From Candidatus Omnitrophota bacterium (GTDB taxonomy: Bacteria; Omnitrophota; Gorgyraeia; JABMRG01; JAFGKX01), in NCBI GenBank assembly GCA_043797125.1, contig JAZDPX010000045.1, positions 8,338 to 72,337 on the forward strand: a DNA stretch of 64,000 bases, read 5' to 3'. Under the pieces are notes generated by a model. The model was given only the letters and a program-made list of their open reading frames with translations. It did no database searches and had not been told where the DNA came from. This document shows positions 59,301 through 64,000 of this stretch, one piece after another. The position numbers and the translations under genes were made by a program. Position 1 is the stretch's first letter, and each line of letters starts with the position of its first letter.

Positions 59301-62300
59301 AGGCCCATATCCGCTCTGCCGAACCACACCCTGGATACAAGCCTACTTAGGTAATGGCTGTCTTGTTCCCATCCTTCGGGCCACTGTTTTTGATCTTCTT
59401 CTTGCAAAGAATTTTTTGCTTCATCGCTTATATATACTCTCCCCAGGGATTTAAATGCCGAAGATATGTTTTTTCTGATAAAGATTTCTATTGTACGGTC
59501 ATCGATAAGTTGGAACTTCAAGTATCTTGGATTTTGTCGGTCATCGCCAACAAGATAATGGCTTATCTCGTGCAATATGGCTAATGGGTTATCTATTAGG
59601 AATTTCTCAAGAGCTATAAGGTTGTGTTCTGCGCAGGTAAAACCAAAAAGGTCTTTATTTATTTTGTCAAAACTGTAAAGCCGCAGTCCTAATGGTATAG
59701 CTGTATCCAGAACAGAAAAAAGCATATTTTTATAGTCGGGGTTGGGGAATCGCAGCCCTTCAAAAACATCTTTAACTGCGCTCGCCGGGTCTGCGTCTAC
59801 TTTGTTAATAACAAGCTCTTCAAATATTTCTTCTGGTTCGAATTTGCTTGGTAATATACAAACGGGCACAACCGCCCGGCTCTCATCGGCTTCGGTAAAT
59901 TTCAGCTTGTCTGTTTGCGCGTATGCCTCGTTTCCGCCTATGCCCTGGTGTTCGCTAAGTTCTAGGTGTACGCCAGCATGCCCCGCCGTATCGGCTTCTT
60001 CATAATTGACCTTAAAATAACCTTCGTCATCCAGGCGCATCAGCACACTATAGATAGCTTTATTTATGGTTTGGCCGTATTTTTCCTTTATGCTTGCCCA
60101 TATCTTTTTTAGGGTTTCTTTTGAGCCGTTGGCATTGTATTCCCTTGTCTTGTCGCGGGCTGCGTCAACGGAATCCGCTACTTTTACTATGCTGTCAATT
60201 TTTTTAAGCAGCGGTTTTTTGCCATATATGCTCTTGTCGGCTGAATGATGATTTACAATCAGTTCAAATACGCCATCTTCTAGGTATTCAGTAACTCCAT
60301 ATGCTTTTAATATTGTTTCTGCATTAGCCGCGTGTTCAGTTTTTCTTGTTTCCTCATTTTCATCCAGGCTGCCGTTTTTAATTGTCAGGGCAAAAGTCTC
60401 ATTATCATAAAGTTTGCCGATATCATGCCACAAGCCTGCCTGGCGCGCCTTTTGTATGGCCCTGGAACCTTTGTCAGAACCCATGCCCATTTCTTGCGCG
60501 ATTTTTGCCGCAAGCCTGCTGGTGCGCCTGGCGTGCTCAAACAGCGCTTGTATCTGTTCAGCGCTGGCATTTATCTTATTATCTTTGGCAACCTGCTTAT
60601 ATACGGCGAATGCCTGCTCTTCTTTTATTCTATTTGTAAGATCTTCGTCCGCTTCGCCCAGCGTGGCTTTCCCAAGAGCGCGTAAATAATAATGGGTTCC
60701 CCTGCCCGGGTTTTCTTTTAATTTTGTGTTGAGCCAGGACAGGATTTCGTCGTTTAATCGCACCTTGCCTATTCCCGTATGGAGCAACATACCTTTTTTT
60801 CTTATGACTAAATCGTTTCCTTCGGTATGGAATTTGATTTTGTTCTGCGCGCAAATATATTCTTGCAGTTCGTGCAATAGGGCGGCGGGGTCTTGAGAAA
60901 ACTTTTCGTATATAGCAATGAGTTTGTCCTTTGGCAGGGCTTTGCCGAAGCAGTCTTCGATAAGCAGGTCGAATGTATGCAAATCCGGAGGAGATTTTTC
61001 GCGCAAGGCCAAAAGGCTTAAAATCACATCTTTATGGGAATTCTTTATGCGTTGGTTGGTTTTAACCCAGCTTATTATGGTATCTATATCCATTTTGCCC
61101 TGATGGAAAAGTTTTCCCGCATGTTCTCGGCCGGCTCTGTCTGTTATTATTATTTTCTCTTCTTTCGGGTTTACGCTTACAATCCCGCCGCGCTTGCCCA
61201 TTTGCGCGGGGCCGCTGCCGACATTAACCAGCTCGCTTAAATTCGCATCCAGCACCACATCCTGATACGCTAACACGTCGTGTTTGTAGTACTGCTGCCA
61301 GCTGCTCAAAAGGCCGGCCATCTTCCTTGCCTCTTTGGAAGCGCCGGCTTTGCTTAATTTCACGAAATCTCCGATAATGATTAAGTGCTCTTCTGCCATT
61401 GAAATTGCTAAAGTCAGCCGCTGGTGAAGTCCTTGTAATTGGCCTGGCTTGCTTCCTCTGAGGTCTAACACAACCACCTTGTTTTTCTCAGGCAAGCCAA
61501 ACCCTTCATGCCTGTACTCGGTGACAATTGTGGTGATGTCTTTATTGGCATAATCGTATTTGTCTATAAGCCTGTCTATTTCATCTGAGAGCCCTAATGG
61601 TTTGTCTGCGACATCAATTATTTTCAATACATCCTCACCAAAAGGTTCCCAATCTCTTGGGGCGAGTTCTTTGTCGCCGTATGAGAGCGACACAAGGCCC
61701 GCGTGAATCGGGTGCAGCTGGTGGGCTGTGGATAGCCTGATTATATCAGCTCTTTCATATATTTTATCTATGGGCAGGCCCTGATTATAGTAGTCTATTT
61801 GTTCTTGCGTTGTTTTCTTCACGGTTTTGGCCTCATTGGGTAAAATGCCGCGCGGCGGCATTTGCTGGCTGTCATATATGATGATAACTCTTCTTGCGCG
61901 CGTCATTGCCTGGAGTATCTCAGGGTAGGTTGCTTCCTCCGCGTGTATAAACGCAACATCAAAAGCTTGTGGTACATCCCTAAAAAGAAGTTTATCATCA
62001 AACCGCCTTTTTAACGCTTCGCCCTCTTTATACTCTTTAATCTCGCGATCCGTATCCATGCTTTGAAATTTTCCGAAAAGCGCGTAGCCTTTTCTGCGCT
62101 CACCCACCTCAAGTCTTTCATTAAATAAATCAAGGTTTTTATCCGGTATGCGATTATTGGCTGTAGCAACTATTTTGGCTGTATTACTGAATTCATCCGG
62201 GTTGTTTCCCAATCTTAAAACCGGCGCTTTTTTATCTTTGGGTGCCTTTTCATCGTTTACCAATTTTTCCAAATATCTATCCACAAGCCTGTGCGTTGCT

Positions 62301-64000
62301 CCGTAGAAAAATACCTTCTCGCCTCTATTAACCAGCTGCCTTATGGATTCCGCAACAACTTCTTCGCTGTCGCAGCCGCGCGGCGCCTCTAAAAGGAGTA
62401 AATTACTTACAAGCGAGAGCGCTACTGCCGTCTGGCAGGAGGCGTCTTTTGCAATGTCCTGGTTCATAAGTTTAAGGTTTTTAACGGCATCGGATAAATT
62501 GCTTTTACTAATATTTCCTTTTTCTGTTTCTAAACCGAGTATTCGGTTTATTGCCCAATGCTTGGTTGAATTTTTCTTTTTATCTGTAATATCCTTGTGC
62601 AGTGACTTCAGAGCTTCATAACATATTTTGCCGTTATCGCCTAAAGCCTTGAGTATTGCTTCAAAACTGTTAAGCTCCGCGTAAAGCTTGGGCCTGTCCT
62701 CTTTTTTAAGCTGGCCCTGGCCTTTTTCGTGAAGATGCAGTGCTTCTTCCGGCAATTTGTTTGTGTTTTTGGTTTTTTCAATGCCTTTTTTAATCCAGGC
62801 TATCTTTTTATTTATAACATCCAGGGGCTTATCCTGCTGGGCAGAGTCGATTACTATCTTTTGCAATCCCTTGTCGCTTAGATTCAGGCCTATCAGATCC
62901 CAGGAAAGCGGAATTAAATCGTTAATTCCTATTGCTTCTTTGAGCTGCCCCAGCGCTTCTAACGCAGGGGTTAAAGAGGCTTCTTTTTTGCTGCTTAACG
63001 CCTTATGGATAATGCCTATTAGCTGGCCTTTGTGTTTTGTATCCAGGGTTTTTGTGTCCAGGTTTAGGCTTTTCTTAAAATTGTTTAACACGCCTGTGGC
63101 GTCATCTGTTTTCAGGCCTTTGTTAATGATATAGGTGCATAGCTTAATAAGCTCATATTCAACCTGGTTGTTTGCTTCGGGGATGCTGAATGCCTGGCAT
63201 AATTTCTTATATGCCCTGCTATATTCAAGAAGAAGCTGCTGCCCCATAATTTCTAAATTGTCATGGTCGTCTTTGCCTTCTTCAGCTTTTAGCTGTGGGT
63301 CGATGGGGATTTCGATATCCTTGGTAATGCCCTCGCCTGTGATAAACAGCGTGCCTCCTATATAGAGGGTTTCCATCTGGCCTTTTTTAATGCGGCATTT
63401 TATTGCCTCTATAACTGTGTTTATGTCTTTTTGCGGGTCCGGGTAATGCGGGCTGGAAATGAGCTTTTTATCTAAGCAAAACATGTTTTGCTCTCCTGAT
63501 GAGAAGCGCGACAGACCTAATGCGGGGCCGGTGAAGACATACATTGCCGGAGGCGAGGCCTCAAAAAGCGCAAGGAATGCCTCCAGCGCCTCTTTATGCT
63601 GCGGGTTAATCTCTATTATTGTGTTTAACGCGGCGGTCAGCTCGCCGGGTTTTTTATTAATAAGCGCTATTTTTTCTTCGGAATTATTACTGGTATCCGC
63701 TATTTTAAGATAGCGGTCGCTCCCCTTTATAATAAGTTCTTTTACAGCAAGGTTAGTCCCGTCAATAGCTTCTTGTATGGGTATTATTTCTTCTTCCTGT
63801 GCTTTGTCCTGCTTTTCTTCCTTTGCTGGTTTTGACTGCAGCGGTTTGCTTTTCTCTTTGGGTATTAGCGGCAAGATGCGGCTAATTGAGGTCTTTGATT
63901 CTTCTAAGCCTTCTTTTGCCTTTTTCAAATCTTCTGCCGCTATGGTGCCTTGCGGGTATTTCTCTGTGATTTCCTCGTATTTTTTCTTTGCTCTTTTAAA
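47339..64000 (-). CDS. Giant multidomain protein (>=~5550 aa, N-terminus beyond right window edge): degenerate SF1 helicase-like module + HD phosphohydrolase domain + intact Upf1/DNA2-like SF1B helicase + coiled coil + TPR repeats + tandem 35-36 aa helical repeat array + HExxH-containing C-terminal region
   Basis: Single uninterrupted minus-strand frame. Stop is at 47339-47341. The ORF-track M at 63928 is a TTG, and the frame stays open to the window end (FKRAKKKYEEITEKYPQGTIAAEDLKKAKEG...). Motifs by approximate location. Degenerate helicase (~61360-62400): HPIHAGLVSLSYGD and LIIIGDF, but a P-loop-less FFYGATHRLVD. HD motif GLWHDIGK (~60425). Walker A VVIGPPGPGKTKV (~55510-55540), DEAS-box VLIIDEASKP, GDPNQLGPF, CWRSHP, TIDSIQGQE, and motif VI RRLNVAISRVQERM (~54360-54415). 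TPR-like NYEKAID...LYPDEPFLHVN (~57650-59100). HExxH in TIEHEFVHKF (~48728-48742). Confidence 0.85.
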   Translation of the reverse strand, partial: FKRAKKKYEEITEKYPQGTIAAEDLKKAKEGLEESKTSISRILPLIPKEKSKPLQSKPAKEEKQDKAQEEEIIPIQEAIDGTNLAVKELIIKGSDRYLKIADTSNNSEEKIALINKKPGELTAALNTIIEINPQHKEALEAFLALFEASPPAMYVFTGPALGLSRFSSGEQNMFCLDKKLISSPHYPDPQKDINTVIEAIKCRIKKGQMETLYIGGTLFITGEGITKDIEIPIDPQLKAEEGKDDHDNLEIMGQQLLLEYSRAYKKLCQAFSIPEANNQVEYELIKLCTYIINKGLKTDDATGVLNNFKKSLNLDTKTLDTKHKGQLIGIIHKALSSKKEASLTPALEALGQLKEAIGINDLIPLSWDLIGLNLSDKGLQKIVIDSAQQDKPLDVINKKIAWIKKGIEKTKNTNKLPEEALHLHEKGQGQLKKEDRPKLYAELNSFEAILKALGDNGKICYEALKSLHKDITDKKKNSTKHWAINRILGLETEKGNISKSNLSDAVKNLKLMNQDIAKDASCQTAVALSLVSNLLLLEAPRGCDSEEVVAESIRQLVNRGEKVFFYGATHRLVDRYLEKLVNDEKAPKDKKAPVLRLGNNPDEFSNTAKIVATANNRIPDKNLDLFNERLEVGERRKGYALFGKFQSMDTDREIKEYKEGEALKRRFDDKLLFRDVPQAFDVAFIHAEEATYPEILQAMTRARRVIIIYDSQQMPPRGILPNEAKTVKKTTQEQIDYYNQGLPIDKIYERADIIRLSTAHQLHPIHAGLVSLSYGDKELAPRDWEPFGEDVLKIIDVADKPLGLSDEIDRLIDKYDYANKDITTIVTEYRHEGFGLPEKNKVVVLDLRGSKPGQLQGLHQRLTLAISMAEEHLIIIGDFVKLSKAGASKEARKMAGLLSSWQQYYKHDVLAYQDVVLDANLSELVNVGSGPAQMGKRGGIVSVNPKEEKIIITDRAGREHAGKLFHQGKMDIDTIISWVKTNQRIKNSHKDVILSLLALREKSPPDLHTFDLLIEDCFGKALPKDKLIAIYEKFSQDPAALLHELQEYICAQNKIKFHTEGNDLVIRKKGMLLHTGIGKVRLNDEILSWLNTKLKENPGRGTHYYLRALGKATLGEADEDLTNRIKEEQAFAVYKQVAKDNKINASAEQIQALFEHARRTSRLAAKIAQEMGMGSDKGSRAIQKARQAGLWHDIGKLYDNETFALTIKNGSLDENEETRKTEHAANAETILKAYGVTEYLEDGVFELIVNHHSADKSIYGKKPLLKKIDSIVKVADSVDAARDKTREYNANGSKETLKKIWASIKEKYGQTINKAIYSVLMRLDDEGYFKVNYEEADTAGHAGVHLELSEHQGIGGNEAYAQTDKLKFTEADESRAVVPVCILPSKFEPEEIFEELVINKVDADPASAVKDVFEGLRFPNPDYKNMLFSVLDTAIPLGLRLYSFDKINKDLFGFTCAEHNLIALEKFLIDNPLAILHEISHYLVGDDRQNPRYLKFQLIDDRTIEIFIRKNISSAFKSLGRVYISDEAKNSLQEEDQKQWPEGWEQDSHYLSRLVSRVWFGRADMGLTSDIKMVMDKKAFTQLHFKVQEIIKTAGKQGDIKNRTFKPSARLLSQMTQGKDIKSIEDAYSYFATSAGLATAGNLNEAEKYARKAIKLYPDEPFLHVNLLDIIAKCNDFSKIEKNFSDVIKKIGVTAKLLLDKIRTYKRFSGTEVQIIKDAIDILHIELNKQYRREAYEEMIGASLRMREGDISKISHLIKPLWDDAPLTRATFVQSRIFEALNEFSSSDLDIEKCGEEEFYAVLAFESKMLFYGGVKEILNNDKEGAVDIKKALKHLSGLFPEKTTDFLRDLYRNAFSSELRSVLIDEIFMDRQMPAQQRSCVIEALHKAEPNNEFIKELKEKIGSTLQEQRPDEEINYLVIAIKHELSGYGIELLSKRLTAVSSDYGRQLIDKGDYAGAVALLEKAHKFDSNRARILQLRKEASLKYAKKLMEEKNYEKAIDVLTDAHKLAADDTDISKALSEAYEKRAKQHETESNLDNTIASLEKGLQLVPGDATLIAMLKKAYLTRSKQLIEEKNYEKAIELLEKASALVPDDTAVKTTLKQAYLEKAEEFLSRENKTAQDIQEAFKLLNKAFELDKEDEALEIRIYETQEECVRRGKVEALEKECKDELDKAKRDEEIAAKTTIPQNSSQTQKKTQDKISRLELAIGHLNKAIKAKRKIIDLLTDDKAAKKGLEKKLLVDELLAKVNKINEEIKKLKADISQLQPPKPNNATKQDIPQDKRPPEETIINILDPEQENSDQLGKDTKVTEIIKINGDILLNIEGKASGSALGKAALTGQAPLSLDGILAKLENSVQGERQKVFLADFRSLINAQRLNFCTFDRNVGDFLNFSSKDNKIFALHSGLLPGPEDKGMEKHIAVFNLLARFLIKNHLLVFEEGAADIYGDIKLRTILGETFYEFKTYATDEKVVRSAMPQAEEQKFDILPLQQYIFGDSNITYSMMLNNILLERSVQQKKKNIHTGLCNMLGITGTTRGYNGILDKLSLFAAEKGLSIKDIERVFTIFYPPADLKTNAEVSVETKRELLICAYNVFAKDIEAFLKPAVELLEEVSQDIGEQALIKASWEMASLAPLGILPQGQKMIIDLAKKEDTPQKKKQRLLSVIEWMQTAAEIFPGVGKLPPSNVKLYKKNKVQPKSKKQALDELETYIKVLDALIDTEKKASAENKENPNVAAYELQFKVLDGLIEDIKKNNGRNYNSVIKRMLGLMPAAEWPQDTDSNDLDLGADFAFIDEEIEGDESQQKAVELCLNSKQDLTVVIGPPGPGKTKVVTEIAKQFVKRGERVLITAQTHVAVDKALEELVKDGSIPILRLGNKMGDITIDEVRKFSTQIKENLLSFEEKRRENNDAFIAAGTSVGFYMDKTINFDKAMFDVLIIDEASKPTLPEVLIALRLAKKVIIIGDPNQLGPFPADHDVIGEKYGLTKEQTGLYNTGLINIIDPAYADHITLSTCWRSHPIHTGLVAISYGEEFQKKCERQLKKEWWKQHKWWQAKLQKRGWEPFDKDTLKIIDTSTLRNNQNGKDGNRWYADKYRERRGWRNTEYGKSLWNKGNAEEVVNEITKLMQKYNYKPEDFIIVTPYKAQQAYIDKKLEKIFHKKFEITTIDSIQGQEKKVVIIDFVRSNPGKPEIGFLKDIRRLNVAISRVQERMVIIGDFQQTLTKQREGEPEEDKVAKMLFREWLNYYETKVKPYLEDDKLDENGKAGIPVELAQQIYMAGKIIPLGNGGMVPDERTFKRAKEAVAKLKAGQEIGRGEFEALALAIIHEQPFIDDEVLVKLGQNEAFLKDIENSQGAIQQGREKILEKIKNATDTVRSLLQIFCLASIDALATAKTIANAADKVKALAAAAEMFTEIGRVDDANKALIDALATAKTITHDDDKLKALIVIAKWFAKIGRVDDANKALIDALATAKTIDGVYRGPAVLKEIAIEQAKLGMFDEAKNTFNDAIAKANTITNAYYKTLALKKISIEQAKVGMFDDALATASTITDTKHKAEALQGIAAEQARVGMFEDALATANTITEAVDKAKALAAVAEGFTEAGRMDDANKALIDALATAKTSTYTDDKPEALIVIAKWFAKIGKLDDAIATASIITNAYYKSLALKEIAAEQAKAGMLDEAKNTFNDALATASTITDTKHKAEALQGIAAEQAKAGMLDEAKNTFNDAFATAKTIDGAHLKPAILKELAIEQAKAGMFNDALATASIITDTDNKSLALKGVAAEQTKAGKFKDAITTAEKITNKLDRAEALAAITAEHARVGIFDKRLFAKAQDEIASVTEALKTATGLKQERLVSILIGLFVITKTGLDDIAEPTFFAKLTGFLKETAANTEHFARMFYLFDSAINTKDDFIKIGYDLIQALTLSAGVEYQLIEQIHEAEPILRKWPQSWKIFFKPIFFKQRQGAFLCLGVTKKLFAAGAIESEADLAFIKEFIQTHGIRAYDLLENFLLLGVKQGVISKPISKEKDQINAFLKENPYAIVSVYEAYKNNPRKLNELIERCKRIHNEILEGDTAKADKDPLFSTMLLYIFPPAVTVQRGSYFAMYKNRADRPQDTKEIPAHLQETKPIDISVGQYILKDPSMPLDASPWRTIRQVIAKVNGEALLAPDKEKAASLGGQLLEQWKMGGLHNVREDLLEQLYRYYRSSGNRMLPESLAIIGNIIDINVFMGDTLRDLAGECIAAYKKQNQESYDKMLSVRIERPEGAAKTVFNILKAREKKDERQLIQLIKKALRIDDDYTADAIWEKVKDKTDEQSIQNELKSTTFKMQQGKEAAIITKLLQGSEYEHMQAEVERKYEFQESQEKIALRFVASKRKAHGVAGLNMGACTAEDERLWNNPNFINIIIFDSNGIAQGGMYVLIIEDNNKKYLVLPGINPSTSLLTGVAADDIYNKLIDYAKELAKALNCEAVLIPTSAAIYSNLGLIQTVIASKNYEILPLSKTHPFSYEPKYSIDSCFIAARITPTAPPLPTGMGGVRWDTPGIQDKAREAVGNFVKTGALEANAHEAVMLWIINTPDDALKKDAEVLVALGENEVFMDAARNAAGALKADYGVMLSKIRMAAREFILEQIANVNDANWDSLEAFVIKALGISELTEAAIKKKYKQKAGKVHEDVTINNKDDAREAFKILGFIYELALEMAANKDQKFLPNRGKIERMLKNWADFAKNRKAAEYWKAAFPPLSDEEIVLTGKNEIRFSYSEPIIIFAGDNQYVLEKDRLNASGLALKEINLKTGETISIHPLEDGLPYFFGGYDNYDPEHSTWEVRFNYILAIEKRGAAIILRSITGTDSVRLRRQSAKPKELLREEMALHNFYKTIGLIRHAESGYLVYCGLSEDAKQKMPQMHAHRRDAFEAAKVIARRIGLEKDGVLINKLSGLNARDFVKLVLLKKIRLIDTAIKLAQDYISNPQGAQKENGRINIEKLSELLDEVISQVPEKDAPVVEFIRHFNFVKQTKQEENVEIMRYIPEEKLDMAREAITWFPKRLRQFISVPVGSEATKLPYGVKGQTGLESMDNVQWDLASADFLTIEHEFVHKFSMSSYRAGKPIMSVRAWKEAAKAAGFYGAIIGGEIKKIDDIPDDYDYKKFREIWNGQWLREVGGEKYCYLPSNMDQAIMDSELDEFKKLRSVYEKNKITLIKLENPNEEEYALIDPLEAVAIAGTKYLQNSKAILSGYTKFSKIANILKDALFVVPVGNGEVARYEFDHAANKKVMRILTKEEVETIQNTYFKNDPERFLSDETPPPTEAKPGPEAKSYEQLFREACDEMLERANEQYSVDEFSQNSRNIYTLVIYESVVTEKDKDRIAELARMQTARSGGKFNILIVPDKNRKESLVVELNERLDRHDVLELDDFLRGKVKGYIQSEFDTMDDVEKDALKLKKLKELLQQKENNNYAAIGVICDPGYGENGLKRIAEVVNEGNQARSGRNISFFITSQQPDKGVVSFEAMLAYTLSKLHSSQPSVAQVIAKMLPPITSAEIGKVLDEIKQATEAIEAQA
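52440..53880 (-). repeat. Tandem array of ~14 in-frame ~105-108 nt repeats inside the giant gene, encoding a 35-36 aa helical unit (consensus approx. ALATAKTITxxxxKxxALxxIAxEQAKxGMxDEAKNTFNDAL)
   Basis: The nucleotide-level repeat is directly visible: gcttgctgtggcgagggcatcattaaacgtattctttgcttcatcaagcatgcctgcttttgcctgctctgctgctat... recurs with small variations. Confidence 0.85.

Overview
The window is a 64 kb stretch from what looks like an uncultivated bacterium. It is gene-dense, almost every gene is on the minus strand, and conserved housekeeping operons sit between two giant open-ended ORFs.

Left edge (1..5902, minus). This large ORF is missing from the supplied ORF track because it has no stop inside the window. 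It encodes a two-partner-secretion TpsA-like exoprotein: signal peptide, FHA-type TPS domain with an NPNG motif, a beta-helix region, and about 20 tandem ~120-nt units encoding SBBP beta-propeller repeats. It is preceded by a DUF4143-type AAA+ ATPase, a ShlB/FhaC-type TpsB transporter and a class II aldolase.

Mobile element. An IS200-like Y1 transposase (RAYT-type) is flanked by inverted doublets of REP-like sequences.

Housekeeping block, in plus-strand coordinate order:
- a PpiD/SurA-like chaperone;
- a class III ribonucleotide reductase operon (nrdR-nrdD-grx-nrdG) with candidate tandem NrdR boxes;
- dCMP deaminase and glyA;
- a Sua5/YrdC fused to a low-molecular-weight protein tyrosine phosphatase;
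- purE-purD-purM-purB;
- a Chlamydia/Treponema-type V/A-ATPase operon (E, DUF2764-like, A, B, D, I, K);
- a second DUF4143 AAA+ ATPase;
- an 822-aa secreted protein with a C-terminal HAD domain;
- a pyrimidine operon (pyrR-pyrB-pyrC-flavodoxin-PHP/EndoQ-like-pyrK-pyrD-pyrF-pyrE) with a structured PyrR-type leader;
- lpxA, rsmI, glmS and a membrane-anchored hypothetical.

Right edge (47339 to the window end, minus). A giant ORF of at least about 5550 aa, also open at its 5' end. It combines a degenerate SF1 helicase-like module, an HD domain, an intact Upf1-like SF1B helicase, TPR and coiled-coil segments, a tandem array of about 14 novel 35-36-aa helical repeats, and an HExxH-containing C-terminal region. 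This giant multidomain gene and the TpsA-like exoprotein are the most novel content. By inference only, they fit a PVC/Omnitrophota-like lineage known for giant genes.

Repeat family. A 26-nt perfect palindrome, GTAGCGGAGCCTTAAGGCTCCGCTAC, often with a GGTTGTGGATAA flank, occurs eight times in short intergenic gaps. Several genes read into it, so its central TTAA supplies their stop codon and a shared C-terminal tail ...LSTTVAEP. It is a REP-like element family.

No rRNA, tRNA or CRISPR array was recognised. Coordinates of motifs were counted by hand and may be off by 1-2 nt.
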